The notes under the pieces were generated by a model. That model did not search any database, had not been told where the DNA came from, and saw nothing but the letters and a program-made list of their open reading frames with translations. DNA of 64,000 nucleotides. It comes from an uncultured Gammaproteobacteria bacterium. GTDB lineage: Bacteria; Patescibacteriota; Microgenomatia; UBA10105; UBA927. The position numbers and the translations under genes are program-made. The stretch's first letter is position 1; each line of letters starts with the position of its first letter. Below are positions 28,342 to 38,077 of the stretch, piece after piece. Where the stretch lies: the NCBI GenBank assembly GCA_964527425.1, contig CAZGOA010000002.1:5000-68999 (forward strand), read 5' to 3'.

Positions 28342-28836
28342 TTATACTTTTGAAACGTATTTACACTGCTTAAACAGTTGACATACTTTATCTTGAACAA
28401 AGTGAATAATTATTTGGAGAATACTTACTTTTTCTGTGATTTGGATTGTTTGTTCTTCCATAACTGAGGTAGATGATGCTATTAGGATAGGACTTGGAGT
28501 AATGAATGGAGTAGTACTGATTAGTACTTCAGTATTCTCATCAGATGGTGTTGGAGTAACTATACAAGCACAGTTTTCTTTATTGGCACATTCAGGATTT
28601 CGACATGAACCTTCAAAACAGACTAGTTGATTTGGGCAGTGAGCATTAACGGTACAGGGTGTTCCACAACGAAGTAGTGGTGTTGGTGTTACTTGAGCTC
28701 GTTTACGAATATCCTGTGGTTGTTGAATAATGGTTAAAGACGCAAGTAATAATAACAAAACAAATAATAAGTACATTAGCCGCTTATCTGTAGGATTTAT
28801 TCTTGTTGTTACTTTTTTTCCGGATCGATGAGGCAT
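28342..28836 (-). CDS. Membrane-anchored/secreted protein with an 8-Cys module
   Basis: Basic N-terminus, TM helix, QDIRKRA, CGTPCTVNAHCPNQLVCFEGSCRNPECANKENCAC, PT-rich linker. Confidence 0.75.
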   Translation of the reverse strand: MPHRSGKKVTTRINPTDKRLMYLLFVLLLLLASLTIIQQPQDIRKRAQVTPTPLLRCGTPCTVNAHCPNQLVCFEGSCRNPECANKENCACIVTPTPSDENTEVLISTTPFITPSPILIASSTSVMEEQTIQITEKVSILQIIIHFVQDKVCQLFKQCKYVSKV

Positions 28837-28960
28837 ACTTTTACGCTACATGAAAACACCGTCGGAAATCAATCTAAGAAACCTGTAGTGGAGAAGTAAT
28901 CAAGCACTTGTTCAATATCTGGGAACAGATTCTGTGCATAGTACTATTATTAGTGGTTTT

Positions 28961-28987
28961 TTGGTAGCGTAATATCAAAACTACTAC
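28961..28987 (-). terminator. Hairpin right after the rpsI stop (end of the alpha/rplM-rpsI unit)
   Basis: TAGTGGTTTT...AAAACTACTA inverted repeat, approximately 28951-28986. Confidence 0.35.
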
Positions 28988-28991
28988 TATA

Positions 28992-29504
28992 TTACCGCTT
29001 TGGACTTTGTTTTTTGGCTCGTGATTTGCCAGCATATCCTGCTTTTCGGCGTTGTCTGATTCGTGAGTCACGGGTTAAGAAACCACGCTTTTTGAGGATT
29101 GGTCTGAATTTTTCTAAATCAACTTTGGTTAGAGCTCTTGAGAGAGCTAATACTACTGAACTTAATTGACCATTTGATCCGCCGCCATTAGTGGTAATAG
29201 TGATTGCAAAACGACCAATGGTATTCGTAGTACGGAGTGGTTCCATATACGATTTTTTCATAACTTCACCTGAAAAATATTTTTCAATATCTATACCATT
29301 GACGGTCATATCGCCTTTTTTAACCTGATGACCTCGTACCGTAATTGCTCCTTCGTTTACAACATACAGACGAACTCTTGCTGTAGATTCTTTTCGACGG
29401 CCAACTGCTTCATAATATGTTGGTTTTACTGGGGTAACTTCTTCAACAGTAGGCGCTGTTTTAGGATGTGCTTTTGATTTTGCGCTGGTGGATTTCTCTG
29501 CCAT
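28992..29504 (-). CDS. rpsI: 30S ribosomal protein S9
   Basis: GRRKESTARV, GGGSNGQ, LTRDSR, QSPKR. Confidence 0.97.
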   Translation of the reverse strand: MAEKSTSAKSKAHPKTAPTVEEVTPVKPTYYEAVGRRKESTARVRLYVVNEGAITVRGHQVKKGDMTVNGIDIEKYFSGEVMKKSYMEPLRTTNTIGRFAITITTNGGGSNGQLSSVVLALSRALTKVDLEKFRPILKKRGFLTRDSRIRQRRKAGYAGKSRAKKQSPKR

Positions 29505-29515
29505 AAGGTCCTTTC

Positions 29516-29932
29516 TTAAACGAATTTCTCCTTGTATGGATGATCTTCTGTTGTATAAATATGAAGTCTGGTTATTAATCTATCGCGAAGTTTGTTTTTA
29601 GGTAGCATACCGTATACTGCTTTTCGGATTGGTTCTGTTGGTTTTTCCAGTCTTACGGTTTGTAATGGTTTTTGCTTTAGTCCTCCTGGAAAACCTGAAT
29701 AGTTACCGTAGAGTTTGGTCTGTTCTTTACTCCCTGTTACTTTATAGTCGTTACAGTTAATGACAACGACTGAGTCTCCACAATCTAAATGAGGAACATA
29801 ATACGGTTTTGACTTGCCCATGAGTTTATGAGCAATATCTGTTGCTAATCTTCCGAGTATTTTCCCTTTTGCATCAACAAGATGCCATGCGTGTGTAATA
29901 TCTTTTTCTCTTGTTGTTTTTGTATGTTTCAT
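29516..29932 (-). CDS. rplM: 50S ribosomal protein L13
   Basis: WHLVDA, LGRLAT, GKSKP, DCGD, GMLPKNKL. Confidence 0.97.
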   Translation of the reverse strand: MKHTKTTREKDITHAWHLVDAKGKILGRLATDIAHKLMGKSKPYYVPHLDCGDSVVVINCNDYKVTGSKEQTKLYGNYSGFPGGLKQKPLQTVRLEKPTEPIRKAVYGMLPKNKLRDRLITRLHIYTTEDHPYKEKFV

Positions 29933-29935
29933 ATA

Positions 29936-30445
29936 TTATTTTTTAGTTTTCGATACTTTTTTTTCTGTTTTCTTTTTTGTCTGCCCTTCCGCTGATTTGG
30001 CGGAGGATACTTTAGCTGATACTTCAGTTTTGACAGATTCTTTTTCTTTTTTATCTGTTTTTTTCGGTGTTACTACTTCTGTTTTTACTTCTTCATCAAC
30101 GAATCCTAGCACAACTTGTTCACTTGCATCCCCTGTTCGTACACCTAATTTTACGATTCTGGTATATCCACTGTTTCTACCTGCAAATCGTGTTTCTACC
30201 ATGGCATATAATTGTTTAACGACTTTTTTATCTGGGAGATGTGCTAAGACATCCCGCTTTGCTGCATCAGTGTTTTTCTTAGCTTTTGTAATAAGCTTTT
30301 CTATTTCACTGCGTGCTGCTTGAGCTTTAGCTTTGGTTGTTTTGATTGATCCGTGCAACACCAGACTTCGCATGAGATTGCGAATTAATGCTTTTCGCTC
30401 ATTGGCTGTTCGTGATAATTTTTTTCCAAAAATACCGTGATGCAT
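29936..30445 (-). CDS. rplQ: 50S ribosomal protein L17 with a Lys-rich C-terminal tail
   Basis: KLSR, IKTTKAKA, EKLITKAK, GYTRIVK, RTGD. Confidence 0.96.
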   Translation of the reverse strand: MHHGIFGKKLSRTANERKALIRNLMRSLVLHGSIKTTKAKAQAARSEIEKLITKAKKNTDAAKRDVLAHLPDKKVVKQLYAMVETRFAGRNSGYTRIVKLGVRTGDASEQVVLGFVDEEVKTEVVTPKKTDKKEKESVKTEVSAKVSSAKSAEGQTKKKTEKKVSKTKK

Positions 30446-30477
30446 ACATTTATTCTGCTAAACAAATAGCAATGTCA

Positions 30478-31401
30478 TTATAAAATAACAACAATTCCCT
30501 TTTCGTTTAATTTTTCTAAGACTACTTCAAGAGATTTTGAACCTAAGTTTTTCACTTTCATCATTTCTTCTTTTGAAGTATTCATGAGTTGTCCAACAGT
30601 TTCTATGCCACCTTTTGCAAGTGCATTTACGATTCTGGTTGGAATATCAAATTCTTCAATTCTCATTTTTAGTACTTCATCTGAAACTGCTTGCTGGTTT
30701 GCTGCTGGTTCTTCTGAAACACTTTCCACTTTTGGACTAATGATTTGTGTAAAATACGAAACTAAAATTTTGGCTGATTCTTTGACCGCTTCTGATGGTT
30801 TAATTGTTCCATCGGTCCAAATTTCAAGCACTAATTTATCAAGATTCGTCATTCTACCAACACGAGTTGCTTCAACTCTATAATTTACTCTCAAAATTGG
30901 TGAATATAAGGCATCAACAGGAATAACACCAATTGCTGTGTCTTGTTTTTCTTCAACAGGTACATAACCATATCCACGCTTTGCTGTTAACTGCATGTTT
31001 AATACAGCTTTTTTATCTGCGAGTGTACCTAAGACTAATTCTGGATTAACTATTGTTACTCCTGCTGGTACTTCTATGTCTCCTGCTGTAATTTCGCCAG
31101 GTCCAGATTTGGAAACAGAAAGAGATACTTCTTCTTCAGAATCAACAATTAAGCGGATCTTTTTAACATTAAGGATAAATTCTCCAATATCTTCTTTTAG
31201 CCCTGCTAATGTTGAAAATTGGTGTTTTACGCCTTCAATATGTACTGAAGTAACTGCAGCACCAGGAAGAGAACTTAAGAGTACTCTTCGCAAACTGTTT
31301 CCTAATGTTTGTCCGTATCCTTGTTCTAATGGTTCGATGATAAATCGACCAAAAGAATTTGTTTCTTGATCAGTTTTTGTTTTAAAGACAGGATCGTTCA
31401 T
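30478..31401 (-). CDS. rpoA: RNA polymerase alpha subunit
   Basis: EPLEQGYGQTLGNSLRRVLLSS, DALYSP, RVG, NLGSKSL. Confidence 0.98.
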   Translation of the reverse strand: MNDPVFKTKTDQETNSFGRFIIEPLEQGYGQTLGNSLRRVLLSSLPGAAVTSVHIEGVKHQFSTLAGLKEDIGEFILNVKKIRLIVDSEEEVSLSVSKSGPGEITAGDIEVPAGVTIVNPELVLGTLADKKAVLNMQLTAKRGYGYVPVEEKQDTAIGVIPVDALYSPILRVNYRVEATRVGRMTNLDKLVLEIWTDGTIKPSEAVKESAKILVSYFTQIISPKVESVSEEPAANQQAVSDEVLKMRIEEFDIPTRIVNALAKGGIETVGQLMNTSKEEMMKVKNLGSKSLEVVLEKLNEKGIVVIL

Positions 31402-31422
31402 ATCCTATGCCTCCTTCCACGA

Positions 31423-32043
31423 TTATCGTGAGTAATGTTCAATAATAAGTTGCATGTTGACGTCCTCTTTTACGTCATCACGCACAGGCAGCCGTAGTAT
31501 TTTACCGACTGGACCTTTTCGTTCCAGCCAGAATGGGGGTTTATACCCCTTGTCTTCCATTTGTTTTTTTACTGCAGGAATGTCTAATGCTTTTTGTTTG
31601 AATGTGACAACTTGATCAGCTTTTACCTGGTATGAAGGAATAGTGACGCGTTCTTCGTTGATAAAAACATGTCCGTGGCTGACTAATTGTCTTGCTGCTG
31701 TTCGTGTTGGTGCCATACCTAATCTATACACTGTATTATCGAGTCTTCTTTCCAGATATTCGAGTAATTTATCTCCTGTGTTGCCCCTGAGTGCTTTGGC
31801 TGCTTCAAACATTTTACGGAATTGACGTTCTAACACACCATACATTCTTTTTACTTTTTGTTTTTCACGAAGCTGATTTCCATATTCTGAAGACTTTCTT
31901 TTTCCTTTAGGACCATGAATTCCTGGAGGAACATTCAAACGCTTAAGCAAATTAGCGTGTGATTTTGTTCCAACAGTTTTAAGGCCTAAATCTATGCCTT
32001 CTTTTCTTGCTAATCTATTTTTTGGTCCTGTATACCTTGCCAT
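31423..32043 (-). CDS. rpsD: 30S ribosomal protein S4
   Basis: MARYTGP, QLREKQK, LERRLDN, ARQLVSHGH, EHYSR. Confidence 0.98.
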   Translation of the reverse strand: MARYTGPKNRLARKEGIDLGLKTVGTKSHANLLKRLNVPPGIHGPKGKRKSSEYGNQLREKQKVKRMYGVLERQFRKMFEAAKALRGNTGDKLLEYLERRLDNTVYRLGMAPTRTAARQLVSHGHVFINEERVTIPSYQVKADQVVTFKQKALDIPAVKKQMEDKGYKPPFWLERKGPVGKILRLPVRDDVKEDVNMQLIIEHYSR

Positions 32044-32060
32044 ACTTTTTTTAAAAAAAT

Positions 32061-32098
32061 TTCAAACTGAACAAATATACATGTTTGTTTCGTTTGAA
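32061..32098. repeat. Intergenic imperfect palindrome (rpsK-rpsD)
   Basis: TTCAAACTGAACAAA / TTTGTTTCGTTTGAA. Confidence 0.6.
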
Positions 32099-32101
32099 TC
32101 T

Positions 32102-32473
32102 TTATACTCTTCTTTTCTTTTTGGGACGCAATCCGTTATGCGGAATAGGCGTAACGTCTGCAATCATCGTAATGTTCATGCCAGCTGATTTAAGTCCTCT
32201 TAATGCTGCGTCACGTCCTGCACCTGGTCCTTTTATATACACTTCGACTTCTTTCATTCCAAATCCTTGCGCTTTTCGTGCAACAGTTTCAACGGCTGAA
32301 GATGCTGCAAATGGCGTTGACTTGCGTGCTCCTTTAAATCCGGCCATTCCTGATGATCCCCAACAAACGGTATTACCATCACGGTCTGTAATAGTTACAA
32401 TCGTATTGTTAAAGGTAGCAGTAATAAATACTTTTCCGTATTCAACTGTTTTAGTTACTTTTTTTGTTGCCAT
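32102..32473 (-). CDS. rpsK: 30S ribosomal protein S11
   Basis: [34 protein letters not shown]. Confidence 0.98.
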   Translation of the reverse strand: MATKKVTKTVEYGKVFITATFNNTIVTITDRDGNTVCWGSSGMAGFKGARKSTPFAASSAVETVARKAQGFGMKEVEVYIKGPGAGRDAALRGLKSAGMNITMIADVTPIPHNGLRPKKKRRV

Positions 32474-32520
32474 ACTATAATTTAAATATCTATTTGATTA
32501 TCAACATACGAATGTATGTA

Positions 32521-32931
32521 TTATTTTTTGGCTGCAGGCGCTGCTGCTGCTTTTACTCTGTCGTCTTTTTTCATTGCACCTATTGTTAATCTCTTACCAC
32601 GCTTTGTACGGGCATTTGATTTTGTTCTTTGACCTCGAGCTGGTAAGCTCTTGGAATGACGCTGTCCTCTATACGAGCCGATTTCTCGTAATCTTTTTAC
32701 ATGCTCTGCAATTTGACGACGAAGATCTCCTTCGACCATAATGTTTTTCTCTATAACTTTTGAAATTTTATTTACTTCTTCGTCTGTTAATGTGTGTACT
32801 CTCCGAGAGCCATCTATTTGTGCACCATCAAGTACTTTTTGCACATTTGTTTTTCCAATTCCATAGATATAGGTAAGTGCTATATCTAATTTTTTATTTA
32901 CTGGTATATCAACTCCTGAAATTCTTGGCAT
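32521..32931 (-). CDS. rpsM: 30S ribosomal protein S13
   Basis: RISGVDIP, LTYIYGIG, YRGQRH, RGQRTKSNARTKRG. Confidence 0.98.
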   Translation of the reverse strand: MPRISGVDIPVNKKLDIALTYIYGIGKTNVQKVLDGAQIDGSRRVHTLTDEEVNKISKVIEKNIMVEGDLRRQIAEHVKRLREIGSYRGQRHSKSLPARGQRTKSNARTKRGKRLTIGAMKKDDRVKAAAAPAAKK

Positions 32932-32939
32932 ATATAGTT

Positions 32940-33053
32940 TTACCCTTGTCGTTGTTTATGCTTTGGATTTGCACAAATAACATAGAGTTTTCCTCTTCGT
33001 TTTACTATTTTACATTTATTACAAATTGGTTTTACGCTTGCTCGTACTTTCAT
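32940..33053 (-). CDS. rpmJ: 50S ribosomal protein L36 (zinc-binding type)
   Basis: Manual translation [37 protein letters not shown]; too short for the ORF track. Confidence 0.97.
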   Translation of the reverse strand: MKVRASVKPICNKCKIVKRRGKLYVICANPKHKQRQG

Positions 33054-33061
33054 ATAGTTAT

Positions 33062-33286
33062 TTATCGCAATCTATACACAATTCTTCCTTTTGTTGCATC
33101 ATACGGTGTCATTTCTATTTTTACTTTGTCTCCTGGCATCAGACGGATGAAATGTAATCTCATCTTTCCTGATAAATGACAAAGTACCAAACGACCGTTG
33201 GGCAGTTTTACGCGAAAGAGTGTGTTTGGTAATGACTCAACCACTTCACCTTCTACTTCGATTCGCTGCGATGACGGTTGATTCAT
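33062..33286 (-). CDS. infA: Translation initiation factor IF-1
   Basis: [31 protein letters not shown]. Confidence 0.98.
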   Translation of the reverse strand: MNQPSSQRIEVEGEVVESLPNTLFRVKLPNGRLVLCHLSGKMRLHFIRLMPGDKVKIEMTPYDATKGRIVYRLR

Positions 33287-33305
33287 AATATATACAAAAA
33301 CACAG

Positions 33306-33398
33306 AAAAAACATCGGGCATTTCCTCTCTGATGTCTACCAAAGAGTAAGACCCGAGTTGTGACTATTGATTGTACCTTACTTAACGCCTTTGGTCAA
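33306..33398 (-). promoter_or_regulatory. Promoter and structured leader of the infA-alpha operon
   Basis: TTGACC(33398-93)-N17-TACAAT(33375-70); leader hairpin CTCGGGT..CTCTTTGGT-AGAC-ATCAGAGAG..GCCCGA followed by T6. Confidence 0.6.
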
Positions 33399-34157
33399 CA
33401 CCTCTGGCTCATCATTTGTTACGAGTATCGTATGTTCAAATGTGGCAGAAAGTGAACCATCTTTCGTTGTTAAAGTCCATCCATCTTCGTTTGCATACAT
33501 GATATCTCCACTTCCTTGAGCATATATCACTTCGATTGCTAAAGTCATCCCAGGTAGGAGTGGAGGGGTTTTATCCAGTGCACCCCTGATAAAACCTGGT
33601 ACTTGTGGTTTTTCATGAAGTTCTCGACCAACTGTGTGACCTACAAGTGACTTAACCACACTATACCCTGCCTGTTCAATGCCCTGCTGTATGGCTTGAG
33701 AAATATGCCCAATATGATTGCCTGCTCGAGCTTGACTGACTGCATTCCAAAACGTTTGCTGTCCAACAGATAACAATGTATCTATATCGTTTCCTGGAAC
33801 GATAGTGGTTTTGGGAGTTCGCAATACTTTTGTCCAAGCTGTATCAGTATGATATCCCTTATAAATCATTCCTACATCTATGGTTAACACATCTTCTTCT
33901 TGTAACACATAGCTTGTTGGTATGCCATGAACCACATCATCGTTTACACACAGACATGTTGCCCAGCTATACCCTTCAACTGTTTGAAAAGAAGGAGTAC
34001 CACCGGCAGCTTTTATGTATTCTTGTGATCGTTCTTCTATAGTCATGAGTGATACGCCTGGTTTTGCTATTGCTAATAAATCGAGGAGTATACCTCCCAG
34101 TTTATTTCCGCCTTCTCTTTGAGCATGTATTTTTTCGGTATCGAGCGTGGTGTTCAT
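33378..34157 (-). CDS. map: Methionine aminopeptidase type I
   Basis: [37 protein letters not shown]. Confidence 0.97.
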   Translation of the reverse strand: MNTTLDTEKIHAQREGGNKLGGILLDLLAIAKPGVSLMTIEERSQEYIKAAGGTPSFQTVEGYSWATCLCVNDDVVHGIPTSYVLQEEDVLTIDVGMIYKGYHTDTAWTKVLRTPKTTIVPGNDIDTLLSVGQQTFWNAVSQARAGNHIGHISQAIQQGIEQAGYSVVKSLVGHTVGRELHEKPQVPGFIRGALDKTPPLLPGMTLAIEVIYAQGSGDIMYANEDGWTLTTKDGSLSATFEHTILVTNDEPEVLTKGVK

Positions 34158-34714
34158 ATTGTTGTGTATAATTGTTCTAATTGGGACTGTAAATATTGTT
34201 CGTCTTTTGTATTTACAATGGTGTAATCTGCCATCGCAATAGGTCCTGCTTTTTCTAATTTATCTATTTCTGCCAAATCTCTACTTACTGCTTGTTCTCT
34301 GGTTAATGGACGAACGGATCTGTTTTCTAGTCGTTTATAGCGCAAATGTGGAGGTGAAAAGATACTTACAATGATGATAAATGGATATTTTTCTACAAGA
34401 TACCGTCGTTCTGATTCTGAATACAGTCCATCTAAAACAACCAGAGAACTAGATTCTAACGTTTTATCTATCAAGGGTTCCATGAGTCGAGCTAGGGCAC
34501 CCATATCTTTTCCGTTCTGTCTTAATTCTTCTCGTACTATGCGCTCGTTTTGTTCGTTTACTTCCCAGCCTCTCCGCTCCACTTCTTGCTGAACAGCATC
34601 TCCAAAGCGTATTACCGGTATATGCTTTTGTTTAAAGAATTCTGCAGCACGGCTTTTACCTGAACCGGTCATTCCCACTAATGCAATAAGTTTTTTTTTA
34701 TTTTCCATGGCCAA
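34154..34714 (-). CDS. P-loop nucleotide kinase (dephospho-CoA kinase/UPF0200-like)
   Basis: GMTGSGKS, FGDAV, VLDGLYS, RYKRLENR, RDLAEI, IAMADY. Confidence 0.8.
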   Translation of the reverse strand: MAMENKKKLIALVGMTGSGKSRAAEFFKQKHIPVIRFGDAVQQEVERRGWEVNEQNERIVREELRQNGKDMGALARLMEPLIDKTLESSSLVVLDGLYSESERRYLVEKYPFIIIVSIFSPPHLRYKRLENRSVRPLTREQAVSRDLAEIDKLEKAGPIAMADYTIVNTKDEQYLQSQLEQLYTTI

Positions 34715-35288
34715 TGGCGTCTAAAATGTCTTGGTGAACTTTGTCTGCATCTTGATTGGCATTTACAACATGCATGATTCCTTTTTCTGTATAGTATGCT
34801 AGCACATCTTTTTCACCTTCTTTATAGATTCTTAATCTATCTTTAATTCGTTCTGGTGAGTCGTGCAGTTCTTCACTTCCTTCATACAGTGGTCTTGCTC
34901 GTTTTATCAATCGTTCATAGGAGATATCTTCTGGTAAATCCAGATAGATAACATGATCTACTTTGTAGCCGTACTTATCGATTTTATCATCTAAAAACTT
35001 TGCTTGTTCTACATTTCGTGGAAACCCATCCATAATCCAGTTGCTTTTTGCATCTTCTTCTTTAAGCCTCCACTTCCATAGGACAAACATTTCACTATCG
35101 GCAACATATTTTCCTTCTGCTAATGCCTGTCTTACTACTTCTCCAATAATACCTTTATCATTGGCTGCTGCATCTCTGACTAGGTCTCCTGAAGTTAAAA
35201 TAGGTAGATTTAGCTGTTCTGCAAGCAACTTAGCTTGTGTACCTTTACCTGATCCCTCTGGTCCATAAAAAACAATATGCATACTCAT
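34698..35288 (-). CDS. adk: Adenylate kinase family protein (short LID)
   Basis: GPEGSGKGTQA, SGDLVR, MDGFPRNVEQA; canonical position after secY. Confidence 0.9.
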   Translation of the reverse strand: MSMHIVFYGPEGSGKGTQAKLLAEQLNLPILTSGDLVRDAAANDKGIIGEVVRQALAEGKYVADSEMFVLWKWRLKEEDAKSNWIMDGFPRNVEQAKFLDDKIDKYGYKVDHVIYLDLPEDISYERLIKRARPLYEGSEELHDSPERIKDRLRIYKEGEKDVLAYYTEKGIMHVVNANQDADKVHQDILDAIGHGK

Positions 35289-35291
35289 TAC

Positions 35292-35417
35292 AATTCGAAA
35301 CAGTAAACTCGAAATACGAAATATATAAACTATAAAAATCCGAATTACGAAAGAATAACGTTTTCGATATTCGGATTTAAAAATCTACGTTTTAATTTCG
35401 ATGATTAAAATTTCGAT
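35292..35417. repeat. Heptamer-periodic imperfect palindrome (secY-adk)
   Basis: Left arm AATTCGA/AACTCGA/AATACGA/AATCCGA/ATTACGA; right arm TTTCGAT/ATTCGGATTT; core AAATCCGAATTACGAAA / TTTCGATATTCGGATTT. Confidence 0.7.
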
Positions 35418-35434
35418 ATGCTCCAATTACTCAA

Positions 35435-36724
35435 TTAACTTTTAACAAAACTATCGTAGTTTCTCATAACTAATTGAGCTTCAATTGATTTAATAGTTTC
35501 TAAAACAACTGACACTACAATAAGTATACCAGTCCCACCAACTAAAAGATTGGTAGAACCAGTTGCACCATTTGCAAGCGTTGGAAATATAGCAATTGTA
35601 CCTAAAAAGAGTGCTCCAGCAAGGGTAATGCGGGTAATAATATAATTAAGATATTGTGCTGTTGGGGTACCTGGTCGTATGCCAGGAACAAATCCTCCAT
35701 ATTTTTGTATTTCTCCTGATATTTTTTTAGGATCAAATGTTAAAGCAGTATAAAAGTAGGTAAAGCCAACAATAAACAAAAAATACAAAACGTTATAGGT
35801 AATTTTATTCGGATCAAACAGTGATGTTAAAAATCTTCCAATTTGTGCTGCTGTTGGATTTGCTGCCTGCCCAAGATAGTTACCTATTAAAGAAGGAATC
35901 AATACTAAGGAAACTGCGAAAATAATTGGTATCACTCCTGCTTGATTTATTTTTAATGGCAGATAAGAGGTATTTCCACCATACATTTTGTTTCCTCTGA
36001 CTCTTCGTGCATATTGAACACTGACTTTTCGTACTGCTTCGTTTATATACACTGTCCCTGCAATCATACCCAGACCAAGTAGTCCTAAAACAATAACTGG
36101 CACAAAAGAATCAGCACTGGTTGTATTTAATACTTGGCCTAATGCCACGGGAAGTCTTCCTGCTATACCTGCAAAAATTAAAATAGAGATACCATTTCCT
36201 ATACCATACTCTGTTATTAACTCACCTAACCACATAACAAAAATTGTACCTGTCACCATGGTAACTAAAATAGTAAGAAGTCCTACTGGATCAAAGGTGG
36301 TAACGATACCCTGACTGCGAAGTACAGCGTACATACCTATTGCTTGAACGATTGCTAACGGTACTGTTAAAAATCTGGTGTATTGGTTAATTTTTTCTCT
36401 CCCAAAGTCTCCTTCTTTTTGCAATTCTTCTAACTGAGGGAATACTAACGTCATCAACTGCATAATAATTGATGCGTTGATATATGGATTCATACCGAGG
36501 GCTAATACGGAAAAATTCAGTAATGTGCCTCCTGAAAAGATATCGAGCAATGCTAAAAATTGATTTTGTGAAAATAATGTGGCTAACTGTTCACGGTCTA
36601 TTCCTGGAATAGGAATATGAGCAAATAAGCGAAATACTACAAGAATTAGTCCTGTAAAAAGGATTTTGCGACGGAGAGTTGGAGTTCTCCATGCCTGTTT
36701 TATTAATGTAAAAAATTGTTCCAT
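35435..36724 (-). CDS. secY: Preprotein translocase SecY
   Basis: [51 protein letters not shown]. Confidence 0.98.
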   Translation of the reverse strand: MEQFFTLIKQAWRTPTLRRKILFTGLILVVFRLFAHIPIPGIDREQLATLFSQNQFLALLDIFSGGTLLNFSVLALGMNPYINASIIMQLMTLVFPQLEELQKEGDFGREKINQYTRFLTVPLAIVQAIGMYAVLRSQGIVTTFDPVGLLTILVTMVTGTIFVMWLGELITEYGIGNGISILIFAGIAGRLPVALGQVLNTTSADSFVPVIVLGLLGLGMIAGTVYINEAVRKVSVQYARRVRGNKMYGGNTSYLPLKINQAGVIPIIFAVSLVLIPSLIGNYLGQAANPTAAQIGRFLTSLFDPNKITYNVLYFLFIVGFTYFYTALTFDPKKISGEIQKYGGFVPGIRPGTPTAQYLNYIITRITLAGALFLGTIAIFPTLANGATGSTNLLVGGTGILIVVSVVLETIKSIEAQLVMRNYDSFVKS

Positions 36725-36783
36725 GGAGTCTTTGGTAGGGGGGTGTTCAAGTAAGATCGCTACCTGCGGATTACTCCATACTT

Positions 36784-37227
36784 TCAGGCATTCTCTTGTG
36801 TTTGAACAGTTCCTCCAGCTTTTTTAATTGATTCTTGAGCTCCCTTACTTGCTTGTACTGTAATTGTTAACTTTTGGGATACAGGTGTATTTCCAATAAG
36901 CTTAACAGATTTGTCAGACTTTTCTATTAAACCATGTTTTTGTAATGTTTCAAGACTTACTGTTTCTCCATCAGTAAACATTTGCAAACGGGAAAGTGGA
37001 ATTGCTACTGTTTTTGTTTGTTGAGAAGCATTTCGTCCCTTACCTCGTAAAAATGGAAGTCTATGAATAAGACTAACTTGTCCACCTTCAAATCCTGGCT
37101 TAATTGACCCACGTGCCTTTTGACCTTTTTGTCCTCTGCCAGCAGTTTTTACCTTACCTGATCCATGTCCGCGTCCTAATCGCTTAGAGGATTTTTGTGA
37201 AATTGATGTGAGTGTGTGTAATTTCAT
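36784..37227 (-). CDS. rplO: 50S ribosomal protein L15
   Basis: [25 protein letters not shown]. Confidence 0.97.
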   Translation of the reverse strand: MKLHTLTSISQKSSKRLGRGHGSGKVKTAGRGQKGQKARGSIKPGFEGGQVSLIHRLPFLRGKGRNASQQTKTVAIPLSRLQMFTDGETVSLETLQKHGLIEKSDKSVKLIGNTPVSQKLTITVQASKGAQESIKKAGGTVQTQENA

Positions 37228-37229
37228 AC

Positions 37230-37742
37230 TTATTCTTGCTCAATCTTTTGAGCTTCTCCTGTCTTTTGTGTCTTTTTATGTTCTTTCTTCACTTTAAACT
37301 GTTTTAAGGCTTCTAAAGTGGCGTACACATTTGATGCCTGATTTTTACTTCCCATAATTTTTGAGACGATATCTCTAATTCCTGCAGCATCAACTACGGC
37401 TCGTACAGCTCCTCCTGCAATAACTCCGGTTCCTGGTGGCGCTGGTTTTAGAAACACCCGTGCTGCTCCTCTTTTAAGGAATATATGATGTGGAATTGTT
37501 GTTCCTTTCATAGGAACCGTTATGAGATGTTTTTTTGCATAACTGACTGCTTTTCTGACAGCGGAAGAAACATCTGGTGCTCCTCCCAGCCCTACTCCTA
37601 CTTTTCCTTTTTTGTCACCAACAACAACAAGAACTGAAAAACCGATTTTGTTTCCTCCTTTAGTTTTTTTAGAAACACGGTTTACCTGAACAATTTTTTC
37701 TTCAAATTCTTTAGGTTGGTTGTGAAATGCATCTGGTCTCAT
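37230..37742 (-). CDS. rpsE: 30S ribosomal protein S5
   Basis: [26 protein letters not shown]. Confidence 0.97.
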   Translation of the reverse strand: MRPDAFHNQPKEFEEKIVQVNRVSKKTKGGNKIGFSVLVVVGDKKGKVGVGLGGAPDVSSAVRKAVSYAKKHLITVPMKGTTIPHHIFLKRGAARVFLKPAPPGTGVIAGGAVRAVVDAAGIRDIVSKIMGSKNQASNVYATLEALKQFKVKKEHKKTQKTGEAQKIEQE

Positions 37743-37744
37743 AA

Positions 37745-38074
37745 TTAGAATGTAATTCCTCCCTCACGTACTGAGTCTGCAAATGCTTTGACTCGTCCAT
37801 GATACATATATCCTCCACGGTCAAATACGACAGTTGAGATCTTATGTTTTATTAATTGTTCTGCAAATTTTTTTCCTAAGTCTTGGGCTGCAGTTATGGA
37901 TTTGTTATTGGTTCGTAATCCAAAAATTGTCGCTCCTTTTACATCATCGATAACCTGTACATATAATGCCTGATTTGAACGAAATAAGGCGAGTCTTGGA
38001 CGATCTTTTGTACCGCTTATTTTTGCTCTCAGTCTTTTATGACGAATTAATCGTTGTTCATTTCTTGATTTCAT
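37745..38074 (-). CDS. rplR: 50S ribosomal protein L18
   Basis: [23 protein letters not shown]. Confidence 0.97.
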   Translation of the reverse strand: MKSRNEQRLIRHKRLRAKISGTKDRPRLALFRSNQALYVQVIDDVKGATIFGLRTNNKSITAAQDLGKKFAEQLIKHKISTVVFDRGGYMYHGRVKAFADSVREGGITF

Positions 38075-38077
38075 AGA

